The notes under the pieces are model-generated. The model was given only the letters and a program-made list of their open reading frames with translations. It made no database searches and was not told where the DNA came from. Shown here in pieces: positions 61,147-64,000 of a DNA stretch of 64,000 nt. Positions within the stretch are counted from its first letter, which is position 1. Each line of letters opens with the position of its first letter. The stretch comes from an uncultured Actinomycetes bacterium (GTDB taxonomy: Bacteria > Actinomycetota > Thermoleophilia > UBA2241): NCBI GenBank assembly GCA_963755025.1, contig CAVWIH010000037.1:1-64000 (forward strand). Direction: 5' to 3'. Made by a program: the position numbers and the translations under genes.

Positions 61147-63372
61147 ATGCCAGACGTGTTGCTAGGCGGCTGCGCCTCCGAGCCCCTGCTGAACTACCTA
61201 AAGGCCCTGGGCGTCCTGCGGCTGGTCGCAGAACAGGCCGATGCTGAAGCCCGGGCGAGCTGGCACAAGGACCGTCTCGTGCTGCGCTCACGGCTGGATG
61301 GCGATGCCCTGCTGGAGTTCTTCCTGGCAGACTACCGACCGACGCCGATCGTGGGGCCGTGGGCCGGCGGCAGCGGATTCTTCGACAAGGACAGAAAGAC
61401 AGCGGTGCTGGCGATCTCGGCAAGCACCAACCAGCGCCTTGAGCCCTACCGCGAGGTCATCGGTCGCGTACAGGCGGTCCTTGCGTCACGCGGCATTACC
61501 GAGAAGCCTCGCGACGACGTGAAACGTGACTTGCTGCGTTGTTATCGGGCAGTCCTGCCCGACGAGGCCATCCTCTGGCTGGACGCAGCGATCGTCCTGG
61601 GAGAGGCGAGAGACGCCTCGGCTCCGATCCTCGGCTCGGGCGGCAACGACGGACGGCTCGATTTCGGTCGCAACTTCATGGAGCGGCTCGTCGACTTAGG
61701 CTTTGACGATGACTCAACCGCATCGTCTGGCGGTCTACTGCAGGCCGCCCTCTTTGGCGAAGTCGTCTCGGGATTGGGCAGCGACGCTGTGGGACAGTTC
61801 CACCCCGGCGGCTCGGGCGGACCCAACGCCACGATCGGCATGGAGGCCGACTCCCAGGTAAACGGCTGGGACTGGGTGCTTGCCCTGGAGGGTGCTCTGC
61901 TGCTTGGCGGAGCGGCGAGTCGTCGCTACGGCACGTCAGGACAGCGGCGGGCGGCCTTTCCGTTTACCGTGGAGAGCGTCGCCGTTGGCGACAACGCCCC
62001 CAGCGAGAGCGAGACCGCATCAAGCCGTCGCGGCGAGCTCTGGCTACCCCTCTGGGATCGCTGGACCGCCCTGCCAGAGCTGCGCGCCCTCTTTGCGGAA
62101 GGTCGGCTCACGCTCGGGCGCGAGCAGGCACGTGATGGCGTGGAGTCTGCCCGTGCGGTTACCACGCTCGGCGTGCAACGCGGGCTTTCGCAGTTCGTGC
62201 GCTACGGCTTTTTGGAGCGCAACGGGCGCAGCTACCTGGCCACGCCGATGGGCCGGTTTGCGGTGCGTCGCGAGCAGAGCATGGAGCTGCTCGACTGGGG
62301 CGATGCCGGTCAGTGGCTCCACCGGTTCCGCGATGCCGCGAAGTCTTCCACCGCACCACCGCGTTTCAGCGTCGCCTTGCGTCGCCTCGACGAAGCGGTG
62401 CTTGCTGCCGCGCGCTTCGGTGGTCCGCAGCGAGTCGCAGGTGTCCTTGCGTCCCTGGGCGCCATCGAGCGAGAGCTGTCGATCACTGGTCGCCCCGGTC
62501 ACGTCGGTACGCTCGACCTGGCGCCGTTGCCGCTGCTTCACCGGGACTGGTGGCGCCTCGCCGACGACGGCAGTTGCGAGTTTCGCCTGGCGCGTGCCCT
62601 GGTCTCGCTCGGGCAGATCGATGGCGGCGAGCCGCTGCGGGCCAACCTGGAGCCGCTGCGCGGCGACACAAGCCGGGTGTGGTGGGACACACAAGAGGCG
62701 CGCTGCGTGGTGCGCGCCCCCGGTGTCGTGCGTCTGCTTGCCGGTGTTCTGGAGCGCCGCCTGCTCGACTTGGGCATCGACGGCCTGCGGGCGGCTAGCA
62801 GCGTGTCACTCGGCGACGCCGCGCACTTCCTTGCAGGAACACTCGACGAACGTCGCCTGCTCGATCTCATCTGGGGCCTGGCGCTGGTTGCCCAGCCTGG
62901 AGGCGGCCGGGCCCAAGACACCCGTCCTGCGCCAAGAATAGACGCCTCGGTTCAGGACGACGTCATCGTGCCGCGAGCCTGGGCGCTTGCGAAGCTGGTC
63001 TTCATCGCGCCGCGCCATCACACAGACGGCGAAAGCGCAGCGGATGCTGACACTCAAGCCGCACCGCGTCGCCTCATCCTGGGCCGTCTGCGGGCCGGCG
63101 ATCTCGACGGTGCGGCCCGTGAAGCCTCGCGGCGGCTGCGCGTTGCCGGGCTCGTGCCGCTGCCCGGCCCACGCTCCGGAGGAGGCGAGCGCCCCACGCA
63201 CTTCTTGCCAGGCGCCGATCCGGGGCACCTCCAAGCCGCGCTTCTGCTGCCCATCTCGCGCAGGGCCGAGGCGCAGCTTCTGCGCCTCGTGGTGCGCGAG
63301 AGCTCCTCTGCACTCAGCGCCGCTGGCGCCCATGATGAACCGAAGGATCACCCCAAAGGAGGGGCCCGATGA
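61147..63372 (+). CDS. csx17: Type I-G large subunit Cas8g (Cas8u1/Csx17)
   Basis: PLLNYLKALGVLRLV, YRPTPI..PW.GGSGF, LGSGGNDGRLDF, NGWDWVLALEG, FPFTV, GELWLPLW and F.RY.F.ERNG.SY. Confidence 0.92.
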   Translation: MPDVLLGGCASEPLLNYLKALGVLRLVAEQADAEARASWHKDRLVLRSRLDGDALLEFFLADYRPTPIVGPWAGGSGFFDKDRKTAVLAISASTNQRLEPYREVIGRVQAVLASRGITEKPRDDVKRDLLRCYRAVLPDEAILWLDAAIVLGEARDASAPILGSGGNDGRLDFGRNFMERLVDLGFDDDSTASSGGLLQAALFGEVVSGLGSDAVGQFHPGGSGGPNATIGMEADSQVNGWDWVLALEGALLLGGAASRRYGTSGQRRAAFPFTVESVAVGDNAPSESETASSRRGELWLPLWDRWTALPELRALFAEGRLTLGREQARDGVESARAVTTLGVQRGLSQFVRYGFLERNGRSYLATPMGRFAVRREQSMELLDWGDAGQWLHRFRDAAKSSTAPPRFSVALRRLDEAVLAAARFGGPQRVAGVLASLGAIERELSITGRPGHVGTLDLAPLPLLHRDWWRLADDGSCEFRLARALVSLGQIDGGEPLRANLEPLRGDTSRVWWDTQEARCVVRAPGVVRLLAGVLERRLLDLGIDGLRAASSVSLGDAAHFLAGTLDERRLLDLIWGLALVAQPGGGRAQDTRPAPRIDASVQDDVIVPRAWALAKLVFIAPRHHTDGESAADADTQAAPRRLILGRLRAGDLDGAAREASRRLRVAGLVPLPGPRSGGGERPTHFLPGADPGHLQAALLLPISRRAEAQLLRLVVRESSSALSAAGAHDEPKDHPKGGAR

Positions 63373-64000
63373 CAACGACGACGCTTCTCACCGACCTGGC
63401 CGAAGAGCCCAGACTCACAGTCGAAGCCGAACTGCAGCCCGTGCAAGGCAGCCGCTTTCAGGCAACCGGATTCCCCGATCTCGGCCCGGCGCGCTACCAG
63501 CGCCCGGATGGCACCGAGATGTTGCTCGTGGAGTCCGCGCAGTCGATGGCCAACCGCCTTGAGGCGGTCTGCTGGGACGAGGCCCGGGGCGAACTTGTCG
63601 AGACACTTGAGGGGATGCCCTACGTGCGTGTCGAGACCGCTGATGGGGCGGCGGTCACCAACAGCATTCTGGAGGCGCATCGCGTCAACTCGCCGTACAT
63701 CCTCGAAGGCCAGGATCGTTCGTTTGTCGATCTTCTCAAAGAGAAGGCAGGAGGACTCGACTGGGGTCCGATCGACTGGACTCGCCTGGCCGCCATGGTG
63801 TTCAGCTACGACCCCAACTCGGTCATGCATGGTGTCTTTCTGGCCAAAAAAGAGCTTCGCCCGCGGACGCCTGCGCCTCACCCTGGGCGTCGAGTCTCCT
63901 TTATTGAGGCAGAAGGCGTCGTCGAGGCAGAGAGCGGCGGGGTCAAAAACGACCGCGCTTCATCCCTCGGGCGCCACCAGTGAGGGCTTTGGCAACGTGC
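63369..64000 (+). CDS. csb1: Type I-G backbone Cas7 (Csb1), partial at the window edge with frameshifts near 63860-63970
   Basis: LQPVQGSRFQATGFPDLG, LLVESAQSMANRLE, EAHRVNSPY, DPNSVMHGVF, SGGVKND, then GFGNV in a shifted frame. Confidence 0.9.

Overview
High-GC bacterial chromosomal window, most likely from an anaerobic actinobacterium (Thermoleophilia-like; inferred from GC content and gene content, not from a marker gene). The centrepiece is a ~23 kb minus-strand [FeFe]-hydrogenase supercluster (19.8-42.9 kb). It begins with a Rex box and a Rex-DRTGG fusion, followed by a DRTGG/kinase/PHP/ATPase regulatory module and an HndABCD-like hydrogenase whose flavin subunit is fused to a GltD-like NADP(H) module. 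Next come a sensory hydrogenase-histidine kinase phosphorelay and a second, dimeric hydrogenase with a HoxF-like NuoE-NuoF partner. The cluster ends with the maturation genes TM1266-like, aspA and hydF. The two catalytic systems carry opposite bifurcating and non-bifurcating signature residues. Left of the cluster are ppk2 with a P-type ATPase, an APC permease, two secreted proteins, an enolase-superfamily enzyme with a non-pyrrolysine MttB, HAD, MFS, DEAD-box and SDR genes, and tRNA-Pro(CGG). Right of it are gabT-like, thioesterase, rhomboid, M24 peptidase, Rrf2-NifU, CoA-transferase, MTAP and H+-PPase genes, an APC-USP/TrkA K+ module and tRNA-Phe(GAA). The window ends in a type I-G (I-U) cas operon (cas3, cas8g/csx17, cas7/csb1) that runs off the edge; no CRISPR array lies in the window. 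About a dozen scattered single-base frameshifts in otherwise intact genes look like long-read indel errors. All calls come from motif recognition by eye; no database searches were run.
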